From contig JBCBJQ010000088.1 in the NCBI GenBank assembly GCA_038523235.1, positions 1 to 25,494 of the forward strand: DNA of 25,494 bases. Direction: 5' to 3'. The stretch comes from Cyanobacteria bacterium J06626_4. GTDB lineage: Bacteria > Cyanobacteriota > Cyanobacteriia > Phormidesmidales > Phormidesmidaceae. A program made the translations under genes and the position numbers. The notes under the pieces were generated by a model. That model had not been told where the DNA came from and made no database searches. It was given only the letters and a program-made list of their open reading frames with translations. The first letter of the stretch is position 1; the number at the start of each line of letters is the position of its first letter. Below, one piece after another: positions 1 through 9,514 of the stretch.

Positions 1-1090
1 TGTCCGAATCTAAAATATTTTTGCTTCCTCCACCATGTGATATTGAACTTCTCTGCTTGTAAAACTCATTTATTCTATGTTTTATATATTTTCTATTTTC
101 TAAAGTGCTCGCCAGAACAAGAGCGCTGCCCTCAGCTACAGTATTGCGGATAGGATTTCCATGTTCTGAAGTCAAAAAAGTTTCGAGGCATGTTACCAGA
201 GCCAGAAGCTTATTTTCGTTTGATCTTTGCTTTTCTGAGAGTGAAAACCAATGAACTGCACGAAGAATAGCTTTTTCAAAATCGCTAATGGCACTTCCAG
301 AGTTTAAGATGCTTACAACTTTATTCGCTCCAGAGTCTTCCAAAGTCTTTTCTAAATCAATAACAATGTTTGAGATGCCTCTTTTAACTTCGAGATAATA
401 CACTTCCTCAGGAAGACTCGAAGATTCAATGACAGGATATCTAGAGATTGACTTCGCAACTTCTCCCTCAATACCAATAGCGTATTCCTTATCAGAATTT
501 CTCAATGAGGCAAGAGCATATCTAAGTATATCCATCGCCAACTCAGCCTCTTCTTGGGCACGCTCTAAAGCTCGATTTGGTTCTGCGATGGCTTTGAACT
601 CTGCAAACAGCCAGTCAGGTGCTGTGTTGTGGACTCCAGCTATTTTCAAAAAAGCAGTTTGACTAATCTTTTTGAATGTTATTTCCCCAATTTTTAGATT
701 ATCAAACTGGAGCCTTAAACCTTCGATAGGTATGTAAACTGAAACTTCGTTTTTGAAATTTGCTATATAAGCTAGCAAATCATTCAGTTCGTTGAGGATT
801 TCCTCTCTTTTTTTTCCTACAACTGCTGAAATCAAAAGTTCAGAAATAAAATGCTCTAAAGTGGATTCTGTGAACTTATCAGAACAATCAAATTTTTTGA
901 TGGATTTCCTGACAAGAATCTGAAGTTGCTTCTGCTCCTGCTCTAGCAGGCTAAACTTTACATTGCCTTTGAATGGATCACCAACTTCAATCGTTACAAC
1001 TGTTCCTGTGCTTGGGATTTTATCTCTTATTACGTTATTGGAAATTTCTAATATGCCTTCAATCAACCATCTCTTATGCTGCTCTTGCAT
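1..1090 (-). CDS. HEPN-domain protein (ApeA-like), 3' end runs off the window
   Basis: Hand translation from ATG at 1090 (MQEQHKRWLIEGILEIS...) is open for 363 codons to position 2; an in-frame TGA lies just upstream. The C-terminal region DFEKAILRAVHWFS...NKLLALVTCLETFL...FYKQRSSISHGG contains the HEPN R-x4-H motif (35-52). Not in the ORF track because its stop is outside the window. Confidence 0.8.
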   Translation of the reverse strand, partial: MQEQHKRWLIEGILEISNNVIRDKIPSTGTVVTIEVGDPFKGNVKFSLLEQEQKQLQILVRKSIKKFDCSDKFTESTLEHFISELLISAVVGKKREEILNELNDLLAYIANFKNEVSVYIPIEGLRLQFDNLKIGEITFKKISQTAFLKIAGVHNTAPDWLFAEFKAIAEPNRALERAQEEAELAMDILRYALASLRNSDKEYAIGIEGEVAKSISRYPVIESSSLPEEVYYLEVKRGISNIVIDLEKTLEDSGANKVVSILNSGSAISDFEKAILRAVHWFSLSEKQRSNENKLLALVTCLETFLTSEHGNPIRNTVAEGSALVLASTLENRKYIKHRINEFYKQRSSISHGGGSKNILDSD

Positions 1091-1291
1091 GATTATCTGT
1101 GCTCAATCTGTTGAGTTATGCAATTTCGGCTTTGAAAAGCTACATATCTAAAAATTCTTTCAAGCATCAGGGTGTGAGCATAAATGATTTTAGATAAGTC
1201 ATATTTAAGCCGAAACGAAACTCAATTAGATGAATTCGCTCTCAAAGAGGAGTAATTGTGTCGCTTAGCAGCTTCTTTGGGCAGAAAAGCT

Positions 1292-1666
1292 TTAGGAGAC
1301 AGTAGGCGTGACATATCTTCCTGGATTCAATTGCTTAAGAGCGTTGCAAATATCGCTTATCTTCTCTTTTTCAGCCATTTCGATGTAGAGAGAAATTTGA
1401 AAAACATCTGCTGTGTGGTCGTGAGTTACTCTCTCTCTTGGAAATATTTGTATAACTCGCTTCACAACACCTACTAATCCGCTGAATTCAATCTCACCAT
1501 TTCTGCCTAGTCGCCAATTAGCAACCTCAAATTTATCTTCGACTTGAAGTCCGGTATCAAAATCTAATGTAGCAACCTCAAATCCCATATCATCGCCATC
1601 CGGATTGTCAGCACTCCTCAAGGGAAGAGTTATCCAAAGCATCGTCCGCAAAATGCTTCCACGCAT
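1292..1666 (-). CDS. hypothetical protein (island cargo)
   Basis: 124-aa ORF in AT-rich DNA, same orientation as the HEPN gene. No motif recognised; start codon uncertain. Confidence 0.55.
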   Translation of the reverse strand: MRGSILRTMLWITLPLRSADNPDGDDMGFEVATLDFDTGLQVEDKFEVANWRLGRNGEIEFSGLVGVVKRVIQIFPRERVTHDHTADVFQISLYIEMAEKEKISDICNALKQLNPGRYVTPTVS

Positions 1667-1708
1667 ATCTTGTATTAGAACTCTTGAGCTACAATGCCCG
1701 AAACAATT

Positions 1709-1753
1709 CCAGGAGGCGGGCTTGAACCGCCGACACGAGGATTTTCAGCCTCT
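1709..1753 (-). repeat. duplicated 3' half of tRNA-Phe (att-like direct repeat)
   Basis: 1709-1748 is identical to 1792-1831 (40 bp). The match continues for 5 bp (CCTCT) after a 1-nt deletion. Confidence 0.9.
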
Positions 1754-1789
1754 CTAGTACAAACTAACGGGGGGTGTGGCTGAAACGTA

Positions 1790-1862
1790 TGCCAGGAGGC
1801 GGGCTTGAACCGCCGACACGAGGATTTTCAGTCCTCTGCTCTACCAGCTGAGCTATCCCGGC
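1790..1862 (-). tRNA. trnF: tRNA-Phe (GAA)
   Basis: Reverse complement GCCGGGATAGCTCAGCTGGTAGAGCAGAGGACTGAAAATCCTCGTGTCGGCGGTTCAAGCCCGCCTCCTGGCA is a 73-nt cloverleaf with GAA anticodon and GGTTCAA T-loop. CCA is not encoded. Confidence 0.97.
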
Positions 1863-1890
1863 TAAAGCGCTGTAATTTAAGCGCTTGATT

Positions 1891-1920
1891 AAGATAACAG
1901 ACTCAATGAATCCACCGCAA
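1891..1920 (-). promoter_or_regulatory. putative sigma70 promoter of tRNA-Phe
   Basis: TTGCGG-18 bp-TATCTT on the minus strand, about 30 nt upstream of the tRNA. Confidence 0.4.
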
Positions 1921-2042
1921 GCTTTTATTGAAGTTGAAGCGGCCCGCTCAGCCGAGGTGCAGCGCTAGGCAGCGGGGTTCCCTGTCAGCGATCGCCGCCC
2001 GCCCCCAACCATTGATACGGCAAATGCGTTGAGCCGTCTGTT

Positions 2043-2495
2043 TTATTCCACCGGGCGCAGCCGCGCGACCTTGAGCACAAATTCCCCATTGCCCTGCCCC
2101 GCATAAGACCGCACTCGAACGGTGTACATGCCCGATTGGGTGATGCGGGCAAACAGCAGCGAATTGGTGGTGCCGTCGGGGCCATCGTCATTTTCGCCGA
2201 CGGTGGTGCCATCCGGGCCGAGCAGCGTCACCAGCGTGTCAAACTCTTCTGAAATTAGATCGATCGCCACCTGGTCACCATCCTCTAACTGCACCGTATA
2301 GTCGCGGGCATAGCCGCCCACCCCAGTGGGAATATCATCTTCCGACAGGGTATCGGTCAGCTCGCGGGTTGCCGGCATGGGAATCGGGGTATAAATGGCG
2401 TCTTGGGCCTGAGCTTCAACGGTGGAAAGGGCCAGGGTGCCGGCCAGCGCGAGGGGCATCCACAGCAGCGAGCGAGCGGAGCGAATTGACTTCAT
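2043..2495 (-). CDS. secreted PPC (pre-peptidase C-terminal) domain protein
   Basis: Signal peptide ending ...AQAQ, then YTVQLEDGDQVAIDLISEEFDTLVTLLGPDG..ENDDG..NSLL...GMYTVRV, typical of PPC domains. Confidence 0.85.
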   Translation of the reverse strand: MKSIRSARSLLWMPLALAGTLALSTVEAQAQDAIYTPIPMPATRELTDTLSEDDIPTGVGGYARDYTVQLEDGDQVAIDLISEEFDTLVTLLGPDGTTVGENDDGPDGTTNSLLFARITQSGMYTVRVRSYAGQGNGEFVLKVARLRPVE

Positions 2496-2601
2496 AGGAG
2501 GGTATGCAAATGGGAGATTTCGGTGCCATTATGGCTCAGCTTGGGGCGCTTGCAGCGATCGCCCCGAGCAAAATTAGGCGCAAAGTTACCTGGGCGATCG
2601 C

Positions 2602-2817
2602 TTACCGAGGCGCATCGGCTTTGTAGAAGTCGTCTTTGGTGGGCTCTTGACCACCGCCGTCAGCATTGATACAGCCGGGTTTATCGACGTATTTACACAC
2701 TCTGGCCCAGAGGCGGGCGCGGTTACCGGCGGGGCCAGTCGCAAACTGCACGCGATCGCCCCCCACGACCCCCACCATAATTTTGACGCTACAGACGGGA
2801 CAGGTTTGAATCTTCAT
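2602..2817 (-). CDS. small Cys-rich hypothetical protein
   Basis: 71 aa with CPVC...RVC...GCIN; resembles a conserved cyanobacterial small protein. Co-oriented with the PPC gene. Confidence 0.7.
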   Translation of the reverse strand: MKIQTCPVCSVKIMVGVVGGDRVQFATGPAGNRARLWARVCKYVDKPGCINADGGGQEPTKDDFYKADAPR

Positions 2818-3040
2818 GGGCGAACCGTTGCTCTCTTCAAAAAAATCATCTCAAGTTTTTTGCGGTTTGCCCACGCATCGCGGCAAAAATTGCCGGTTTA
2901 TCAGCGGGGGCATGCTCGCTCAATCCAGACCGAGCAGCGCTTTGAGCAGGGGAACCTGGCGACAGCGCCGAAAGGGAATTTTCGACCGCCGCTGCCTAAC
3001 ATTTTGCGCGACAATGGCACCAGCCAAGTAGCGAAGCACC

Positions 3041-4060
3041 GTGAGCGCCATGCCTGAGGCCCCTCTGCCAGATCCCTCCTCTGATGTCCCTGCCTCTGAG
3101 TTATCCGATGCCGAGTGGACTGATGAAAGCGGCGGCGAAGAAGCGATGCCCGCCGCTGCGCCGCCCCTCAAGGTGGAGTCCACGACCCGTGCTCAGGAGA
3201 ACGCTGATGTCGCTGACGCGGAATGGACTGACGAAAGCGGCTTCCAGGACTCGGTGCCGGTTCCCGAGCCCCCCCCGCTTGAGGCTCAGGTCGCGACCGA
3301 TGTTTGGGATGCGGGCACCTCTGACTGGCTAGAAGACTCTACTGATCTGCCGTTAGAGACAGCGGTTCCCACCACTCAAGAGGCCTTAGCCTGGCTCAAA
3401 CCGCTGGGGCGGCGATCGCGCACCGCTTGGCAGCAATTACTCAGGGGAATTCGCAGTCGTATTCCCGCGGCTGCCAACCTGTCCGATGGCATCTTAAGCA
3501 GCCTGCTGATCGGTATCTTGGTGCTCTTGCTGACGCTGATCAATGGCGTGCGGCAGCCGACTGGGGCCGCGCCCTCACCTGTTTCAGAACCGGTGTCGTC
3601 GCCGGAGCTGCCTGCCATTCCTGAAGTTGAGACACCCACCTCACTGCCAGCGGCTCCGACCTTGCCAGACGCGGCCAACTCGCCGTTGGACTCTGCTGCC
3701 GCCGCGCTGCAGAGCGATCGCATTGCTAATCTGCAGGCGCAGCTGACCGACAGCACCATTCTCAACGCCAAGCGCGTGATCGATTCGGTGCAGGCAGACT
3801 TCACGGCCAACCGCCTCACGCTCATGGTTAACGGCGACTGGTATCGCCTCTCGGACTATGACCAGACCCAACTGGCCCAGCAGTTGATGACGCAATCGGT
3901 CAATCTGGCTTTTGAAAGGCTAGAGTTGCAAACGGCCACGGGCGAGCTGATTGCCCGCACCCCGGTGATTGGGGATGAAATGGTGATCTTTTTGCGATCG
4001 GCTCCGCCGGTGGTTGAGCCGCCTCCCCGACCGCGCTATCGCCTCACGGTGGATCGGTAG
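3041..4060 (+). CDS. membrane-anchored hypothetical protein
   Basis: 339 aa: acidic N-terminus, one TM helix (GILSSLLIGILVLLLTLI), Pro-rich linker and a globular C-terminal domain. Confidence 0.8.
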   Translation: MSAMPEAPLPDPSSDVPASELSDAEWTDESGGEEAMPAAAPPLKVESTTRAQENADVADAEWTDESGFQDSVPVPEPPPLEAQVATDVWDAGTSDWLEDSTDLPLETAVPTTQEALAWLKPLGRRSRTAWQQLLRGIRSRIPAAANLSDGILSSLLIGILVLLLTLINGVRQPTGAAPSPVSEPVSSPELPAIPEVETPTSLPAAPTLPDAANSPLDSAAAALQSDRIANLQAQLTDSTILNAKRVIDSVQADFTANRLTLMVNGDWYRLSDYDQTQLAQQLMTQSVNLAFERLELQTATGELIARTPVIGDEMVIFLRSAPPVVEPPPRPRYRLTVDR

Positions 4061-4133
4061 CACGGTTGTTCATTAAAGTCGGGTGCCAGGTGTCGGCAAC
4101 GGTTTGCCCTAATGAAATCCGCCGCTCCACCCG

Positions 4134-4418
4134 CTATTCGCGGTTGAAGGTCGGCTGAGGATTCACCAAATCTAGTCGGTTAAGGCTCCACACCACGCCA
4201 ATCGACAGCAAACCGCCTACCACCAAGCCGAAGAGCAGCAGGCCCACAATAAAATTGCGCATCAGCCGTTTGTCAGAGGCGAGTCGCGCCTGACTGGCCG
4301 CCGAGCGCCGGGCGTCATAGTCGTGACGTTGCTCTAGCTGGTTGGCAAACTCAGCCTCCACGTCATTGGCGTCAGGCAGCGGTTGAGAATTGGGATTGTG
4401 AAATGGCGGTTGTTCCAT
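4134..4418 (-). CDS. small membrane protein
   Basis: ATG at 4418 (MEQPPF...), with a C-terminal TM segment NFIVGLLLFGLVVGGLLSIGVVW. Confidence 0.75.
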   Translation of the reverse strand: MEQPPFHNPNSQPLPDANDVEAEFANQLEQRHDYDARRSAASQARLASDKRLMRNFIVGLLLFGLVVGGLLSIGVVWSLNRLDLVNPQPTFNRE

Positions 4419-4715
4419 GGTCTCGCCTGTTGAGAGTGAGAGCATTGAGGCAGGGTTATACAGAGCAGGTTACCAGCAACCTTCGGAACTGTGTTTATGT
4501 GGCCCCAGGTTAAGGCGGCGGCGAGCGGCTGAGGCCACTGTCGCAGAAACTTTACGACGGATGGCAGGGGCTGAAGCAGGGGGGAGATCGCGAGGTTGTA
4601 CCCATTGCATAAAATTGCAGCGGCGCTCCCCTTCACCCTCCTTGAAAAGCTATCCTTCAGGCAAAGTCGGTCAAAGCTATGGCAATAGAGGCCTTGAGAC
4701 TACGCTTGCGCGGGC

Positions 4716-4759
4716 AAACCTCACCGCCTGCGGCACCTCTCCTTGTGAAGGAGAGGTTT
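4716..4759. repeat. REP-like hairpin element
   Basis: Perfect stem ACCTCTCCTT-GTG-AAGGAGAGGT (4735-4757), with outer AAACCTC/GAGGTTT complementarity. Confidence 0.55.
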
Positions 4760-5126
4760 ATTGGACATCTGACCGATGATTGGGCCTCAATGAAGCAGGA
4801 TTTCGGTTCCTCTCCTAAGCCTTCTGGGCAGGCTTCGCCAAGCATCAGGAGAAACTGTGTGAAGTTATGCAGCCCCGACAGCCATCACAACTGACCTCTG
4901 AAAGTCTTGCTGTGGAAAGCGTATAGCAACTTGTGGATAAGGGATAGCTTGTGCGGGGGAGCGGCGATCGGCAGCTTCTGTTACCGAATGGATGTGGCTG
5001 AATGAGCGGTCTCCCCCTTAATTGGCCAGGAATCACTCTAGGCGCGACTGAAAATCTGAGCCAAGGGTCGTGGGGTGCGGTAGGCTTCACACAGCATTTC
5101 ACACAGCAAAGTCGGGAGACAGCACG

Positions 5127-7121
5127 ATGACCATTGGCGGCATGGGCAGCCCCCAAAATCTCTTGGGCAGTCGATACCATATTTTGCGAGAGCTGGGTCG
5201 GGGCGGCTTTGGCTATACCTACTTAGCTGAAGATGTCAATCGATTTAACGAGCTGTGTGTGCTGAAGGAGTTTTTTCCGCAAGTTAATGACGATGGGGCG
5301 CTGCAAAAGGCCAAGCAGCTGTTTGAACGCGAAGCCGATGTGCTCTATCAGCTCAACCATCCTCAAATCCCGCGCTTTCGCGAACTGCTGCGGGTGCAGG
5401 CGCGGGGCCACGGGCGACTATTTTTGGTGCAAGACTATGTTGAAGGCCCCACCTATCAAGAACTGTTAGAAACTCGCCTGCAAGCGGGTAATCGATTTGC
5501 GGAACCAGAGGTGATCCAGCTGCTGCAGAAGCTGCTGCCGGTGTTGTCTTATTTGCACGGTATCGGCGTCATTCACCGCGATATTGCGCCCGATAATCTG
5601 ATTTTGCGCAATATGGATGGGTTGCCCGTCTTAATTGACTTTGGCGGTGTCAAGCAGCTGGTAACGGCGGTGCAGCAGCAGGTCGACGCTGGCGGACCAC
5701 CTACGCGGTTGGGCAAGGTCGGCTATGCACCCGAAGAGCAGCTCGAATCGGGCCAGGTTTCCCCCAGTGCAGATCTCTACGCGCTGGCGGTGACGGCGTT
5801 GGTGCTGTTGACGGGGCAAGGGCCAGACGATTTGTACGATCGCTACAACAAACGCTGGCGCTGGCAAGAGGCCGTTTCTCTCAGTCCGCGGCTGACGAAG
5901 GTGCTCGATCGCATGTTGGCCCCGCGTGTGGGCGATCGCTACTCATCAGCGGCAGCGGTGACCCAGGCGCTGACCTACCCCGATACCTATGCCGTGTCTG
6001 AATATGCGGCGGGCAGTGGCCAAAGTGAACGCACTGTGGCTGTGGCACCGGGGGCGGGGGCCGTCCCCCTAAGCACGATGGTGGCGCCGCCAGCGCGTCA
6101 GCCGCGTCAGCCGCGTCAGTCGGCGAAGTCGCCGGTGACGGGGGGCTGTGTGCAGGCCTTACTGGGTTTGCTGTTGCTGATCGGTTCGGTGGGCCTCGTC
6201 TGGTGGATTGCCAGTCGCTGGAATCCCAACTCATCAATTTTGCTGCCAGAGGGAGACGTCCCTGGTGAGACGCAAACTGACGCTCCAGAAAATTCCGAAT
6301 TCTCCGCTGCTGAACAGGCACGGAAGACGGCGCTGAGGCAGCGTCGCGATACCCTACAGGTCGATGAACGGTATCTGGTGCGCGTCACTGATCAGCTGTT
6401 TTACAGCCAATACCCTGATCGGCAGGAGCAGCCGTTGAGCAATAGTTCCGCTGATGAACCGCTGCGAGCGGAGTGGGACGGGATTGCCAACGAAGTGCTA
6501 GACGTGTTGGAAGACAATCTGAGTGCCGCCGCCCGCCAGCGCTTAGGCAGCTACACCGCGAGCGATCGCGAGCAGTGGCGCGAGCAGGTTAACCAGCGTT
6601 ACGTCAGCAGTCGTGCCCTATATGACCTGACGGATGCCAAGTTTGCCTATCTGTATCCTCAAGCGGCGGCGCAGGACTTTATCAATCAGCCGATTGGTCA
6701 AATCTGGCATGGCATCGCCGCTGACCGGGTGCAGTCGATTTTAGACGGTGAGCGGTTGGCTGAAATTCAATTTGGCCAGGGGGAGTTTAGCCAGTCGCTG
6801 CGCGATCGCTTACCGCCGGGTGAAGGGCGCATTTACACGCTGAATTTAGCGGCGGGGCAGTTGCTGCGGCTCAATCTGCAGGCCCCCGCCGACACCACGC
6901 GACTCTCGCTCTATGTACCGAGCCCGGATGCAACGGTGCCATTTTTGCTGGAAGATGCCGGCGATCGCACCTGGGCCGGACAACTGCCCCAATCGGGCTA
7001 TTACGAAATTGTGGTGGTCTCAACTCAAGGGCGATCGCTGGATTATGCCCTCGATATCAGCGCCGACAACGTTACCACGACTCCCGAAACGCCGGAAGCC
7101 CCTCCAGAAGATAAAGATTGA
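5127..7121 (+). CDS. Hanks-type membrane Ser/Thr protein kinase with extracytoplasmic domain
   Basis: LGRGGFG loop, CVLKE, HRDIAPDN, LIDFG, GYAPEE and DLYAL motifs; a TM helix; a PPC-like C-terminal region. ATG at 5127 chosen over GTG at 5070. Confidence 0.93.
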   Translation: MTIGGMGSPQNLLGSRYHILRELGRGGFGYTYLAEDVNRFNELCVLKEFFPQVNDDGALQKAKQLFEREADVLYQLNHPQIPRFRELLRVQARGHGRLFLVQDYVEGPTYQELLETRLQAGNRFAEPEVIQLLQKLLPVLSYLHGIGVIHRDIAPDNLILRNMDGLPVLIDFGGVKQLVTAVQQQVDAGGPPTRLGKVGYAPEEQLESGQVSPSADLYALAVTALVLLTGQGPDDLYDRYNKRWRWQEAVSLSPRLTKVLDRMLAPRVGDRYSSAAAVTQALTYPDTYAVSEYAAGSGQSERTVAVAPGAGAVPLSTMVAPPARQPRQPRQSAKSPVTGGCVQALLGLLLLIGSVGLVWWIASRWNPNSSILLPEGDVPGETQTDAPENSEFSAAEQARKTALRQRRDTLQVDERYLVRVTDQLFYSQYPDRQEQPLSNSSADEPLRAEWDGIANEVLDVLEDNLSAAARQRLGSYTASDREQWREQVNQRYVSSRALYDLTDAKFAYLYPQAAAQDFINQPIGQIWHGIAADRVQSILDGERLAEIQFGQGEFSQSLRDRLPPGEGRIYTLNLAAGQLLRLNLQAPADTTRLSLYVPSPDATVPFLLEDAGDRTWAGQLPQSGYYEIVVVSTQGRSLDYALDISADNVTTTPETPEAPPEDKD

Positions 7122-7182
7122 GCAGCGGCCTATTGCCAAAGTGCGCTTTGAGCTGGCCGGGGTGCCGGTCGAGTCAAGGTGG

Positions 7183-7434
7183 CGGAAGTCGGAAGCTGAA
7201 ACCTCGGTCCTCTTTGAACTCATTGCTCATCGTTATGAACGCCGCAGTTTACTCATTACCGCTAATCAGCCTTTTAGCCAGTGGGATGCCGTCTTTGCTG
7301 ACACCATGATGACCGTCGCTGCTGTGGACCGGTTGGTTCACCACGCTTTGATTGTTGAAATGCAGGCTGATAGCTATCGCAAGCGCTCAGCGACGACACG
7401 CTCGGCTCAAGCCGGGTCACCATCCAAGGACTGA
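7183..7434 (+). pseudogene. istB: IS21-family IstB ATPase, C-terminal fragment
   Basis: RKSEAETSVLFELIAHRYERRSLLITANQPFSQW...AAVDRLVHHA...SYR is the IstB C-terminus. Walker A/B motifs and istA are absent. Confidence 0.9.
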
Positions 7435-7592
7435 TCATAGTTGTCGCGACAACTATGATCTTTGCGACAACTATGATCCCCTCTCAAATCAGACATTTGT
7501 GACTCAAGCTCCGGTTACTGCCACTGTCGATCGCGCTTTGTCGACGACTCATCCGACTATGTAGTTGTCGCGACACGTCTATGTACTTGACA
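7183..7592 (+). mobile_element. truncated IS21-family element (right end only)
   Basis: The istB fragment is followed by repeated GCGACAACTATG boxes (perfect 28-bp palindrome at 7433-7460, further copies at about 7464-7478 and 7561-7575) and a terminal ...TACTTGACA at 7592. Confidence 0.8.
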
Positions 7593-8623
<1,031 letters not shown>

Positions 8624-8627
8624 TCTG

Positions 8628-9461
8628 CTATATCTTGACCAAACTGGGGTTCGCGGTGAAAAATTGCCGAAAGTCTTCATCACGATCGCTCAGCTGGGCC
8701 GTTGCTGCCCCAAGGCTCATCAGCTTAGCCACCAGTCGCTCACAGGCCGGTCGCTCAGTGGCATAGTGCCCTGCATCTACCAGGACTAGGCCGCGATCGC
8801 GCGCTTCTTGAAATTGATGAAACTTGCAGTCGGAGGTCAGATAGACCTGCGCCCCCGTTTTGACGACATCACCAATGAAGCTTGCTCCTGAACCGCCCAA
8901 CACCGCCACGCGCTTGACGCTCTGAGTCAGGTCGGCCTCCGGCGAATAGATCAAATCCGGTGGAGCCAGCTGCTGTTGAATTTCAGCCAGGAGTTGCCGC
9001 AGGGGCAGGGGCTGAGGCAAATTGCCTACCCGGCCATAGCCCACCGTCGACTGCGTCGGCACAATCGGTGCCACCGACTGGAGCTGCAGTAGCTGGGCCA
9101 GCACGTCGGCAGTGCCATCAGGCACTTGATCAAAATTGGTATGGGCGGTGTAAACACCAATGCCATGGGCCATACTCAGATGCACCATTTCGCCAATGGC
9201 GTCGCCGCGCTGCACCGACTTCAACGGACTAAAAATCAGCGGATGGTGGGCCACAATCAGATTGATCGGCGTGCCTGATTGCTGCAGGGCGATCGCCTCC
9301 CGCATGACCGCCAGGGTCGGCGTCAGACAAACCAGTACTTGCGGCACTGCCTCCAGAATTCCTGGCTGAATCTGCCAGCCGCAGTTATCCCAGCCCTCTT
9401 GCCACTGGGGCGGGGCCCAGGCTTCAAATTTTTCAATGAGGTGGGCGATCGTCATCGGCAT
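8628..9461 (-). CDS. Nif3-like dinuclear metal centre protein (YbgI/DUF34 family)
   Basis: WDNCG, AHHPLIF, HTNFD, GYGRVG, GGSG, D.K.H and DAGHYATE motifs. Confidence 0.93.
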   Translation of the reverse strand: MPMTIAHLIEKFEAWAPPQWQEGWDNCGWQIQPGILEAVPQVLVCLTPTLAVMREAIALQQSGTPINLIVAHHPLIFSPLKSVQRGDAIGEMVHLSMAHGIGVYTAHTNFDQVPDGTADVLAQLLQLQSVAPIVPTQSTVGYGRVGNLPQPLPLRQLLAEIQQQLAPPDLIYSPEADLTQSVKRVAVLGGSGASFIGDVVKTGAQVYLTSDCKFHQFQEARDRGLVLVDAGHYATERPACERLVAKLMSLGAATAQLSDRDEDFRQFFTANPSLVKI

Positions 9462-9514
9462 ACCAAAACGGGAAATTGACTGTATGGGAGCGAACCCCGA
9501 TTCTAACGGCCTCG

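Noticed and set aside
429..1477. Plus-strand ORFs 429-662, 963-1151 and 1256-1477
   Set aside because: Antisense shadows of the HEPN gene and of the 1292-1666 ORF.
1683..1700. GGGCATTGTAGCTCAAG on the minus strand, resembling a tRNA 5' end
   Set aside because: No anticodon arm or T arm follows.
1709..1862. CRISPR-like repeat-spacer-repeat
   Set aside because: Only two units, the repeat is tRNA sequence, and there are no cas genes.
4417..5180. Several overlapping short ORFs
   Set aside because: No motifs, and they overlap a REP-like hairpin; best read as a divergent intergenic region.
5574..5597. Kinase catalytic loop HRDIAPDN lacking Lys, suggesting a pseudokinase
   Set aside because: HRDI(S/A)PDN variants are common in cyanobacterial kinases, and the other catalytic motifs are intact.
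6913..7434. 173-aa ORF as an intact gene
   Set aside because: Its N-terminal part is an alternative frame of the kinase gene; only 7183-7434 is IstB-derived.
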